NCBI GenBank assembly: GCA_039208735.1
Contig: JBCCQY010000159.1
Span: 1-21,992, forward strand
Reading direction: 5' to 3'
Length of the DNA: 21,992 nt
Source: Myxococcota bacterium
GTDB taxonomy: Bacteria; Myxococcota_A; UBA796; GCA-2862545
The notes below the pieces were generated by a model that searched no databases, was not told the origin of the DNA, and saw nothing but the letters and a program-made list of their open reading frames with translations. This document shows positions 8,075 through 15,022 of the stretch, piece after piece; the stretch's first letter is position 1, and the number at the start of each line of letters is the position of its first letter. A program made the translations under genes and the position numbers.

Positions 8075-9646
8075 ATGGATGGCTTCTTCGCGTTTGCGAC
8101 CGAGCACCCCACCAGCACCGCGTTGTTGGGGTTGGGCGCGGTCTTGTTGGTGGTCTTGGCTGCGGTGTTCATCTACGACGTGTTCCTGCAGCGAAGCCAC
8201 GCGATTCTCCACAATTACCCAGTGGTCGGGCATCTGAGGTACTTCGCCGAGCGGATTGGGCCGGAGCTACGGCAGTACTGGGTTGCCAATGACAAGGAAG
8301 AACGGCCCTTCCACCGCTCGGAGCGGTCGTGGGTGTATGCGACGGCGAAGGGGCAAAACAATGCCTTCGGGTTCGGCACAAGCGAGGATCTTGGCCGGCC
8401 TGGCTACCCCATCCTCAAGCAAGCGGCATTTCCCTTCCCCGCTGCCGAGGCGCCCGTGCTGGACGGAGATCCGTCCAAGGTGCCCTGCGCCAAGGTGATG
8501 GGGGCGTCGCACGGTCGAGCGCGCCCGTGGCGGCCTTCGTCCATCGTCAATGTCAGTGCGATGTCGTACGGCTCGTTGGGCCGCAATGCGGTGCGCGCGA
8601 TCAACCAAGGCTGTGCGATCGCAGGCGCCTACCACAACACCGGCGAAGGGGGCGTTGCGCCCTATCACCAAGAGGGGGCCGACCTCGTTTGGCAGCTTGG
8701 AACTGGCTACTTCGGGGCACGAGACGAACGCGGTCGTTTCTCCATGGATCGGCTCGTCGAGAAGGTCAACGACAACCCGCGCATTCGCGCGATCGAGATC
8801 AAGCTCTCCCAAGGTGCGAAGCCTGGAAAAGGGGGCATCCTGCCGGGATCGAAGGTCACCGAAGAAATCGCGCGAATCCGTGGAATCCCCGCGGGGAAGG
8901 ACTGCCTGTCCCCCAACCACCATCAAGCCTTTGATTCGGTCGACGCCATGATCGCGTTCATCGAGTCAATCGCGAGCGAAACCGGCCTGCCCGTCGGCAT
9001 CAAGTCGGCGGTGGGCAAGATGGCGTTTTGGCACGATCTCGCCGTCGCCATGGCGCAGACCGGCAAGGGGCCTGACTTCATCCAGGTCGATGGGGGAGAG
9101 GGCGGCACCGGAGCGGCGCCCCTGGCGTTTTCGGACCACGTGAGTCTGCCTTTCCAGGCGGGGTTTGCGCGGGTGTTTCAGGTGTTCCAAGAGGCAGGTA
9201 TCGAGGAGTCGATCATCTGGGTGGGCAGCGGAAAGCTCGGCTTTCCGGATCGCGCGGTTGTCGCCATGGCGATGGGATGCGACCTGTTGGCGGTGGCGCG
9301 CGAAGCGATGCTCGCGATCGGGTGTATCCAAGCCCAGAAATGCCATACGGGTCGTTGCCCGGCGGGTGTGGCCACCCACGACGCCTGGCTGCAGGCGGGG
9401 ATCGACGTGACCCGTAAAGGGCAGCGTCTGGGACGCTATCTCAAGGGCTTTCGCAAGGAGCTGCTCGATCTTGCTCACGCTTCTGGGTATGAGCACCCTG
9501 CGCAGTTCACGAGCGACGATGTTGAGCTGACGGTAGGCCCGTACGAGCACCGTACGTTGTCGTCCGTCCTCGGTTATCGCGCCAAGCCCTTCGATTACGG
9601 TACCTTTGCGGATCTTGCAGAGGGTGCTGGAGACAAGGTCGCTTAG
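8075..9646 (+). CDS. FMN-binding glutamate synthase family protein (GltB2/YerD-like, N-terminal TM)
   Basis: Motifs NVSAMSYGSL, NTGEGG, WQLGTGYFGAR, IEIKLSQGAKPGKGGILPG, PVGIKS and DGGEGGTGAAP. [3Fe-4S] motif GCIQAQKCHTGRCPAGVAT. Confidence 0.93.
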   Translation: MDGFFAFATEHPTSTALLGLGAVLLVVLAAVFIYDVFLQRSHAILHNYPVVGHLRYFAERIGPELRQYWVANDKEERPFHRSERSWVYATAKGQNNAFGFGTSEDLGRPGYPILKQAAFPFPAAEAPVLDGDPSKVPCAKVMGASHGRARPWRPSSIVNVSAMSYGSLGRNAVRAINQGCAIAGAYHNTGEGGVAPYHQEGADLVWQLGTGYFGARDERGRFSMDRLVEKVNDNPRIRAIEIKLSQGAKPGKGGILPGSKVTEEIARIRGIPAGKDCLSPNHHQAFDSVDAMIAFIESIASETGLPVGIKSAVGKMAFWHDLAVAMAQTGKGPDFIQVDGGEGGTGAAPLAFSDHVSLPFQAGFARVFQVFQEAGIEESIIWVGSGKLGFPDRAVVAMAMGCDLLAVAREAMLAIGCIQAQKCHTGRCPAGVATHDAWLQAGIDVTRKGQRLGRYLKGFRKELLDLAHASGYEHPAQFTSDDVELTVGPYEHRTLSSVLGYRAKPFDYGTFADLAEGAGDKVA

Positions 9647-9718
9647 CGAGTTGCGTTGCAAGGACCCTTCGGATACCGATTCGGGCGCGCCGCAGCGCGC
9701 CGAACCTTTGGTGAGACC

Positions 9719-9904
9719 ATGGCCAAGAAGAAGGAAGCGCGGCAGGTCATCCACCTCGAGTGCACCGAACAGCGTGACTCTGGGGTGCCTGGGATGAGCC
9801 GTTACACCACCCAGAAGAACAAGCGCAACACGCCCAAGCGGCTTGAACTGCGCAAGTACAACCCGTTCCTCAAGCGCTACACGCTTCACCGCGAAGTCAA
9901 GTAG
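9719..9904 (+). CDS. rpmG: 50S ribosomal protein L33, zinc-ligand-free (C-) form
   Basis: [61 protein letters not shown]. Has the L33 motif YTTxKNxxNTPxRLELxKYxP and only one Cys. Confidence 0.96.
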   Translation: MAKKKEARQVIHLECTEQRDSGVPGMSRYTTQKNKRNTPKRLELRKYNPFLKRYTLHREVK

Positions 9905-9911
9905 CGCCCTC

Positions 9912-9979
9912 GGTTCCTACGGGGACCACCCCACGCCTCGGCCCACGTCAATCCTGACGAAGCCCCCGAGTTTGCGTGG
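9912..9979 (+). promoter_or_regulatory. Candidate structured 5' leader of rpsD
   Basis: Hairpin GGTTCC-TACG-GGGACC (9912-9927, cUACGg tetraloop). Nested stems follow: CCACGC/GCGTGG, CTCGG/CCGAG and CGTCA-ATCC-TGACG. Confidence 0.45.
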
Positions 9980-10012
9980 TTTAAACATCACTATTGCACC
10001 AAGGAGCGAGCG

Positions 10013-10630
10013 ATGGCTCGTTATCGTGGACCCCGGCTCAAGCGGTGCCGGGCAGTGGGCACGGTGCTTCCAGGACTGACGACGGCGGCAACGCTCGATC
10101 GTCCCTTCCCTCCTGGTGAGCACGGTACCAAGCGTCGCGCCAAGCCAAGCGACTTCAAGATTCGACTTCAAGAGAAGCAGAAGGCCCGTTGGCACTACGG
10201 CGTGCTCGAGAAGCAGTTCCAGCGGTACGTCAAGCGTGCGTCGCGGATGAAGGGCGCGGCGGGCATCAACCTCGTCCAGCTCCTCGAATCGCGCCTCGAC
10301 AACCTGGTTTGGCGACTGGGTCTCGCGCGCACCATCCCGCAGGCGCGGCAGCTCGTTGTGCACGGCCACATCACGGTCGACGGCAAGCGGGTGGACCGTC
10401 CGAGCTTCATGGTGACGCCGGGCATGGAAATCGCGCTGCGCGAGAAGAGCCGTCAGAAGTCCTGGGCCGAAGAGATCATCGGCATGACGATGTCGGTCAC
10501 GCGTCCGAGCTGGCTCGAGTTCGATCCAGCGAAGGCGTCGGGCAAGCTCATGCTGAAGCCGGAACGCGCGGACCTGCCGTTCGATCTGAACGAGAACGCG
10601 ATCATCGAGTTCTACTCCCAGAAGCTCTAG
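10013..10630 (+). CDS. rpsD: 30S ribosomal protein S4, zinc-ligand-free form, outside the alpha operon
   Basis: AAGGAG RBS at 10001-10006. MARYRGPRLK...LPGL...PPGEHG...RLQEKQK...YG...LLESRLDNLVWRLG...ARQLVVHGHITVDGKRVDRPSF...IIEFYSQ. Confidence 0.97.
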   Translation: MARYRGPRLKRCRAVGTVLPGLTTAATLDRPFPPGEHGTKRRAKPSDFKIRLQEKQKARWHYGVLEKQFQRYVKRASRMKGAAGINLVQLLESRLDNLVWRLGLARTIPQARQLVVHGHITVDGKRVDRPSFMVTPGMEIALREKSRQKSWAEEIIGMTMSVTRPSWLEFDPAKASGKLMLKPERADLPFDLNENAIIEFYSQKL

Positions 10631-11330
10631 TTCGGACCGCGGCCGCAGGGTGACGCGCATTGGAGAGGGTGTACAGGCAGAGCAGGAAGTAGCCAGACAC
10701 ACCCAGATGAAACCCGAGCCCTCGCGCCACGCCCTGCACAAGTTCCCCACCGACCTCCGTTTCCGCCACGCCGAAGACCACGGCCGAGATGGCGAAGATG
10801 TTCCACCCGGCCATCCATCTTGGGTAGAGGGTCGGGCGTGTGAGAATAGCGGCCGAGTACCACATCGAGCCCACAAAGAGCACGGCCACGGGGATCAGGA
10901 GCATCACCAGGTTGTCCAGGGCGATCTCGTTTCGCAGCCCGCCTATGGCGGGTTCGAGGGTGGGGTCCAGCGCGAGCCAGCGCAGTATCCGGTAGTGCGC
11001 GAAGAAGGACCCGTGGCCTGCGGAGCCCAGGGCGAGGAAGCCGCCTAGCAGGACGGCCGGTGGAGCGGCCCAAAGGACGCCGGCGGGTCGGAGCATCGTG
11101 TAGGTTGGGAGAAACCCGAGCCCGGCGAACGCCAGTGCGAACGAGCCCGCCCAATACGCCAGGCGGAGGCTCCACTCAGGCCACTGGGCAATGTCGCCGT
11201 GAGTGCACATGATGGTGTTGCACGTGGCCACGGTCAGCGACCCGACCAAACCCAGGATCAGCAAGCTTCGCTGTGCATCAAGGCCAATGCGAAAGGGAAG
11301 CGGTTTGGTCGCGCCTTGGGGGCCGGTCAT
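10602..11330 (-). CDS. Polytopic membrane protein, DUF6796-like
   Basis: ATG 11330 overlaps the upstream stop (ATGA). About 6 TM segments and the motif ILTRPTLYPRWMAGWN. The 3' end overlaps the rpsD 3' end by 29 nt. Confidence 0.7.
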   Translation of the reverse strand: MTGPQGATKPLPFRIGLDAQRSLLILGLVGSLTVATCNTIMCTHGDIAQWPEWSLRLAYWAGSFALAFAGLGFLPTYTMLRPAGVLWAAPPAVLLGGFLALGSAGHGSFFAHYRILRWLALDPTLEPAIGGLRNEIALDNLVMLLIPVAVLFVGSMWYSAAILTRPTLYPRWMAGWNIFAISAVVFGVAETEVGGELVQGVARGLGFHLGVSGYFLLCLYTLSNARHPAAAVRTRASGSRTR

Positions 11331-12199
11331 GGCTGGGCCAGGGGAGCGAGCGAGAGGTCCAGCTGTTGGACTGCGTCGGACTTTACGTTGACTCTGATCT
11401 TCTCCCAGGCGGCCAGTCGCGAGAACATCGTCTCGCCATCGCCGTGAACCCGACGGGCGTGCCGCGCCCAAGTCGACAGGAAGAACGGAACGGCCTTCAG
11501 GTTCTGCCAGGGCGTGAACCCGACCACATGAAGCACGTCCCACGTGGGCATGCTTGAGGCGCCGAACAGGCGCTGCTCGACTTCGAACCCGATGAAGCGG
11601 CCGGCCTTGTCCCGCGAGTGCAGGTCGGCCATCGCCGGGCCGGACAGGGTGTATTGGTCCGCGTAGTACGCGTCTCGCGCCTCGGGATTGCTGAACACGT
11701 ATTCGATCGTGTTGGTGAGCCGAGGCTCCCGCATCACGCCGTCTCGGGCAGGGTAGAACAGGTCGAGGCCCGGCTGCAGTCGCATCACATCGACCGCGAC
11801 CAGCCACGGTGACAGCGCCGACGCCTGGATGTCGTTCAGCAGCTCGCGGCCGAGGGCCGCGACGGACGGCCCGCGGGCGGCCATCACCAGCACGGCCTGT
11901 GACCAGCGCCCTCCGAACTCGGGATGGGTCAGCGGAGGATGCTCGAGGGGGAGCACCAACGAGATGTGACCCTCCTCGTGATGCCGCTGCAGGAGGGGAT
12001 GCAGCTCAGCCCGATAGGGCTCCCACAATGCGTCCGAAGGGGCGTCCCACGTGAGCAGAATGGCCTGTCGATGGGGGTCCTCGGCGGGGCCAGCGTATCG
12101 GTATGCCGGGTAGGTTCGGTCCTCGAGCACGAGTCCCAACAACGCAAGCAGGGCCACCAACGCCACTGCGGCAAGTAGGAGCAAGACGTTGCGCACCAT
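11327..12199 (-). CDS. Hypothetical N-terminally membrane-anchored protein (possibly tandem dimeric alpha/beta-barrel-like domains)
   Basis: GGAGG RBS; long hydrophobic N-terminal helix. Two loosely similar halves (YRAELHPLL...GHISLV and YYADQYTLSGPAM...GRFIGFE...WDVLHV). The fold call is a guess. Confidence 0.75.
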   Translation of the reverse strand: MVRNVLLLLAAVALVALLALLGLVLEDRTYPAYRYAGPAEDPHRQAILLTWDAPSDALWEPYRAELHPLLQRHHEEGHISLVLPLEHPPLTHPEFGGRWSQAVLVMAARGPSVAALGRELLNDIQASALSPWLVAVDVMRLQPGLDLFYPARDGVMREPRLTNTIEYVFSNPEARDAYYADQYTLSGPAMADLHSRDKAGRFIGFEVEQRLFGASSMPTWDVLHVVGFTPWQNLKAVPFFLSTWARHARRVHGDGETMFSRLAAWEKIRVNVKSDAVQQLDLSLAPLAQP

Positions 12200-12225
12200 A
12201 GTCGACCTCCGTGGTAGACCATCGA

Positions 12226-12245
12226 ATGTTATCGATTGATAACAT
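12226..12245. promoter_or_regulatory. Palindromic operator, probably bound by the adjacent TetR regulator
   Basis: Perfect inverted repeat ATGTTATC-GATT-GATAACAT. It is AT-rich in a GC-rich background and lies about 27 nt upstream of the 12199 start codon. Confidence 0.7.
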
Positions 12246-12310
12246 GGGGCGCAACCGCCGAGGCTCAGACGCCAAGGTCGAGTGGGTGTTCACCGGGTTT
12301 GCGCACCGGC

Positions 12311-12925
12311 CTACTCCAACACAGCGTCGGCAACCGTGGACACCAACAGGCTGCGAAGCGAGAAGGACAGCATGGTCCGGAGCATGCGCTCGTCCAACCC
12401 CGCGACATCGACGGGCTGGGGGCCCTTTCCATGCCGGCGCTCCCAGTAGCCTTTAGTCAAAGCGTCGACGGCGACGAGCCACGCGTCCACGTCGGCGTCA
12501 GGTCGGACCAGACCGTGCTTCTTCCCGGCTTCGATTCGCTCGGCTAGTCTGGTCCAGTACGCATCGACGTCTTCCATGTCGATCGACACGCCCTCCAACC
12601 GCGCCCATGCGGCGAGGCGGCAAAGTACTGGACGGTCCCGGTACCAGCCGAACAGCACGGACAGACCGTCGACGTAGAACCGCGGATCGTCCTCCGCGCG
12701 AGCCCACTGGTCGCTCTGCAACGCCGAGTACGCATCCATCATCCTGCGAAGGGCTGCGTTGAACAATCCCTGCTTGTTGCCGAAGTACCGCTGCAACAGG
12801 GGCAGGCTTACCCCAGCCGTCTGGGCAATCGTGCGGGTGGACGTACCCGCGAATCCTCCCTCGGCGAAACACTGAAGCGCGGCGTCCAGGATGCGCTGTT
12901 TGGTGGCGGTGGCGTCTCGCGGCAT
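12311..12925 (-). CDS. TetR/AcrR family transcriptional regulator
   Basis: N-terminal HTH: TKQRILDAALQCFAEGGFAGTSTRTIAQTAGVSLPLLQRYFGNKQGLF. Confidence 0.93.
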   Translation of the reverse strand: MPRDATATKQRILDAALQCFAEGGFAGTSTRTIAQTAGVSLPLLQRYFGNKQGLFNAALRRMMDAYSALQSDQWARAEDDPRFYVDGLSVLFGWYRDRPVLCRLAAWARLEGVSIDMEDVDAYWTRLAERIEAGKKHGLVRPDADVDAWLVAVDALTKGYWERRHGKGPQPVDVAGLDERMLRTMLSFSLRSLLVSTVADAVLE

Positions 12926-13079
12926 TGAGCCTCGCTAGGCGAACGGCCCCGCATGCCTGCGGCTCCACGAAGCCCTGTAAGATGGCGAGTGTACCGCGGA
13001 GGCGGGTCTCGTGGCGGCGGCAACCGCGATCGACGCGGCCTTCGGTTACCTCCCGTCTCGGAAGAGCGGGAGAGCCACG

Positions 13080-13907
13080 ATGAACATTCGGAACCTTGCG
13101 CTGGCCGCAGGGCTCACCGTGTTGGCGGTGGGCTGTGTCGGCAAGAAGAAGTTCAACGCCTTGCAGGACGAACTCGACCGAGTTCGGACCGAGCTACGGA
13201 CCGAACTCGACCAGGCCAAAGCCAACGGCAAGACCCTCGAGCAGGCGCTCACCGACGAGAAGGCCGCCGCGACCGACCTCGCGCGGCAGATCGTTGAACT
13301 CGAAGAGAAGAACGCCGAGCTCGTAAAAGACCGGTCGAAGCTGGATGCATCGGTCACCGAGATGGCTGACGCTTTGCGCGACCTCAAGGAGCGGAAAGCC
13401 GCCTCGGATGAACGCATCGCCGAGTACCAATCGCTGCTCGACAAGTTCAAGGACCTGATCGATGCGGGCCGCCTCACGGTGAAGATCGTCGATGGTCGGA
13501 TGGTCGTCGAACTCGCATCGGACATCCTGTTTGAGTCAGGCAAGGCCGAGCTTTCCGAGGAAGGCCAGTCGAGCCTGGTCGATGTGGGCAAGGTGCTGGC
13601 CGAGATTGAAGATCGGAACTTCCAAGTCGAAGGCCACACCGACAATGTGCCGATCAAGACCGAGCGCTTTCCCTCGAATTGGGAACTCGGAAGCGCGCGG
13701 GCGATCACCGTGGTGCGGACCCTCCATGAAGGAGGCATCGATATGGATCGCCTGTCTGCTGCGTCATTTGCGGACAATCGCCCTGTGAGTTCGAACGGCT
13801 CCAAGAGTGGCCGGGCCAAGAACCGCCGCATCGAAATTGTGGTGGTGCCCGATCTATCCCAGCTTCCCGGGTACGAAGAACTCGAGAAGCTCGCGAAGGC
13901 GGAGTAG
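13080..13907 (+). CDS. OmpA/MotB-family peptidoglycan-binding lipoprotein with coiled coil
   Basis: ATG 13080 after GGGAG; lipobox LAVGC; heptad coiled coil. C-terminal domain DILFESGKAEL...VEGHTDNVPI...SNWELGSARA...NRRIEIVV. Confidence 0.92.
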   Translation: MNIRNLALAAGLTVLAVGCVGKKKFNALQDELDRVRTELRTELDQAKANGKTLEQALTDEKAAATDLARQIVELEEKNAELVKDRSKLDASVTEMADALRDLKERKAASDERIAEYQSLLDKFKDLIDAGRLTVKIVDGRMVVELASDILFESGKAELSEEGQSSLVDVGKVLAEIEDRNFQVEGHTDNVPIKTERFPSNWELGSARAITVVRTLHEGGIDMDRLSAASFADNRPVSSNGSKSGRAKNRRIEIVVVPDLSQLPGYEELEKLAKAE

Positions 13908-13911
13908 GCTC

Positions 13912-14280
13912 ATGGCCGCAGGCTTCGACGAGTGGTTTGATGCGTTCGCCCTGGCGTTGTTTCGGGACGATGGGGCGGCGGTGGGGGCCTTCGCGGAGCC
14001 AACGGTCCTCTTCGAAGCCAAGCAGACCCAGGTCCTTGCGACCCATGCGGACGTCGCGGAGCACCTCGCCGCAGATCGCGCGCGCCTCGTTGAACGTGGG
14101 GTGACGCGGCTTGAGTGGGGCTCCATCGATGTCCGAGGCTGGGGAGATGACCAGATCGAAGTGGTCGTGGAATGGGAGGCGTTTGGCGACTCGGGCCTCG
14201 TGGCGACCGCGGAGCGGCTCTACCTGCTCCGGGGCTCGTTGCCCGACGTGGTCATCACCGCCATTCTCAAGCCCGATTAG
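13912..14280 (+). CDS. Small NTF2/SnoaL-like fold hypothetical protein
   Basis: ATG 13912, 4 nt after the upstream stop, with GGAG RBS. 122 aa; the helix-then-beta pattern (IEVVVEWEAF...YLLRG...VITAI) is typical of NTF2-like proteins. Confidence 0.65.
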   Translation: MAAGFDEWFDAFALALFRDDGAAVGAFAEPTVLFEAKQTQVLATHADVAEHLAADRARLVERGVTRLEWGSIDVRGWGDDQIEVVVEWEAFGDSGLVATAERLYLLRGSLPDVVITAILKPD

Positions 14281-14999
14281 GGCATCAAGACGCGTTCGAT
14301 GAGGGCGTCGGTCAGGGTGGCGGGGTGGCCACGCCACACGACCTTGCCATCGCGCACCATGGCGGCCGCCGGAATGCCGCGAATGCCGTACTGCTTCGAC
14401 AGGGCCTGCGCCTTCTCCTTCGCGATGGGGTAGGTGACGTCGTTGTCCTCGATGAACGTAGCGACGTCTTCGGGGCTGACGTCGCGGGTCATCTCGGTCA
14501 GGCCAACCAAGCCGAGGCCCTTGTCCCGGAAGCGGTCGTAGGTCTCCGAGAGCCTCGGCACCTCGCGCCGGCAATGCGGGCACCACGCCTCCCAAAACAC
14601 GTAGAGGGTGGCCTTGTCGTCGGTAAGGTCGGCCTCAGAGCCTTGGAACCACTGGTCGACTTCGAGGGGGAGGGCGTCGCGGCCCACCACCGCAAGCTCG
14701 GAGGCCATGGATTGGGCAGCCTGCGCGGCTTGCGTGTTCGGGTACTTCGCGAGGACCTCGCCAAGCTTGCCCTTGGCGTCGTCCCAGCGAAGGTCCTGAA
14801 TCGCGGTCATCGCATCGTCGAAGAGCTGTTCGCTGGCCTTCTGCTCCTCGAGCGAAGGCGGAAGCAACGGGGCGAGTCGGTCTTCGAGCGCGGTCAGTTG
14901 GGCTTCGAGCGAGGCCACACGATTCTCGACGGACTGGTGCTGCTTCGCGGTCACGCAGGCCGACAACGACGCCATAAGGGCGACGGGGAGCCACTTCAC
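14277..14999 (-). CDS. TlpA/redoxin-family thiol-disulfide oxidoreductase lipoprotein with coiled coil and TPR-like helix pair
   Basis: GTG 14999 with AGGAGG RBS; lipobox LSAC. YVFWEAWCPHCRREVPRL...YGIRGIPAAAMV...WRGHP. Confidence 0.88.
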   Translation of the reverse strand: MKWLPVALMASLSACVTAKQHQSVENRVASLEAQLTALEDRLAPLLPPSLEEQKASEQLFDDAMTAIQDLRWDDAKGKLGEVLAKYPNTQAAQAAQSMASELAVVGRDALPLEVDQWFQGSEADLTDDKATLYVFWEAWCPHCRREVPRLSETYDRFRDKGLGLVGLTEMTRDVSPEDVATFIEDNDVTYPIAKEKAQALSKQYGIRGIPAAAMVRDGKVVWRGHPATLTDALIERVLMP

Positions 15000-15022
15000 G
15001 GGCACCTCCTGTTGCCCGCGGC

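Noticed and set aside
12224..12246. GAATGTTAT...ATAACAT as a Zur box, tempting given the Zn-free ribosomal proteins nearby
   Set aside because: The half-sites are 6 nt apart rather than the 3 nt of the proteobacterial Zur consensus. The site is also about 2.5 kb from rpmG and next to a TetR gene, so a TetR operator is more parsimonious.
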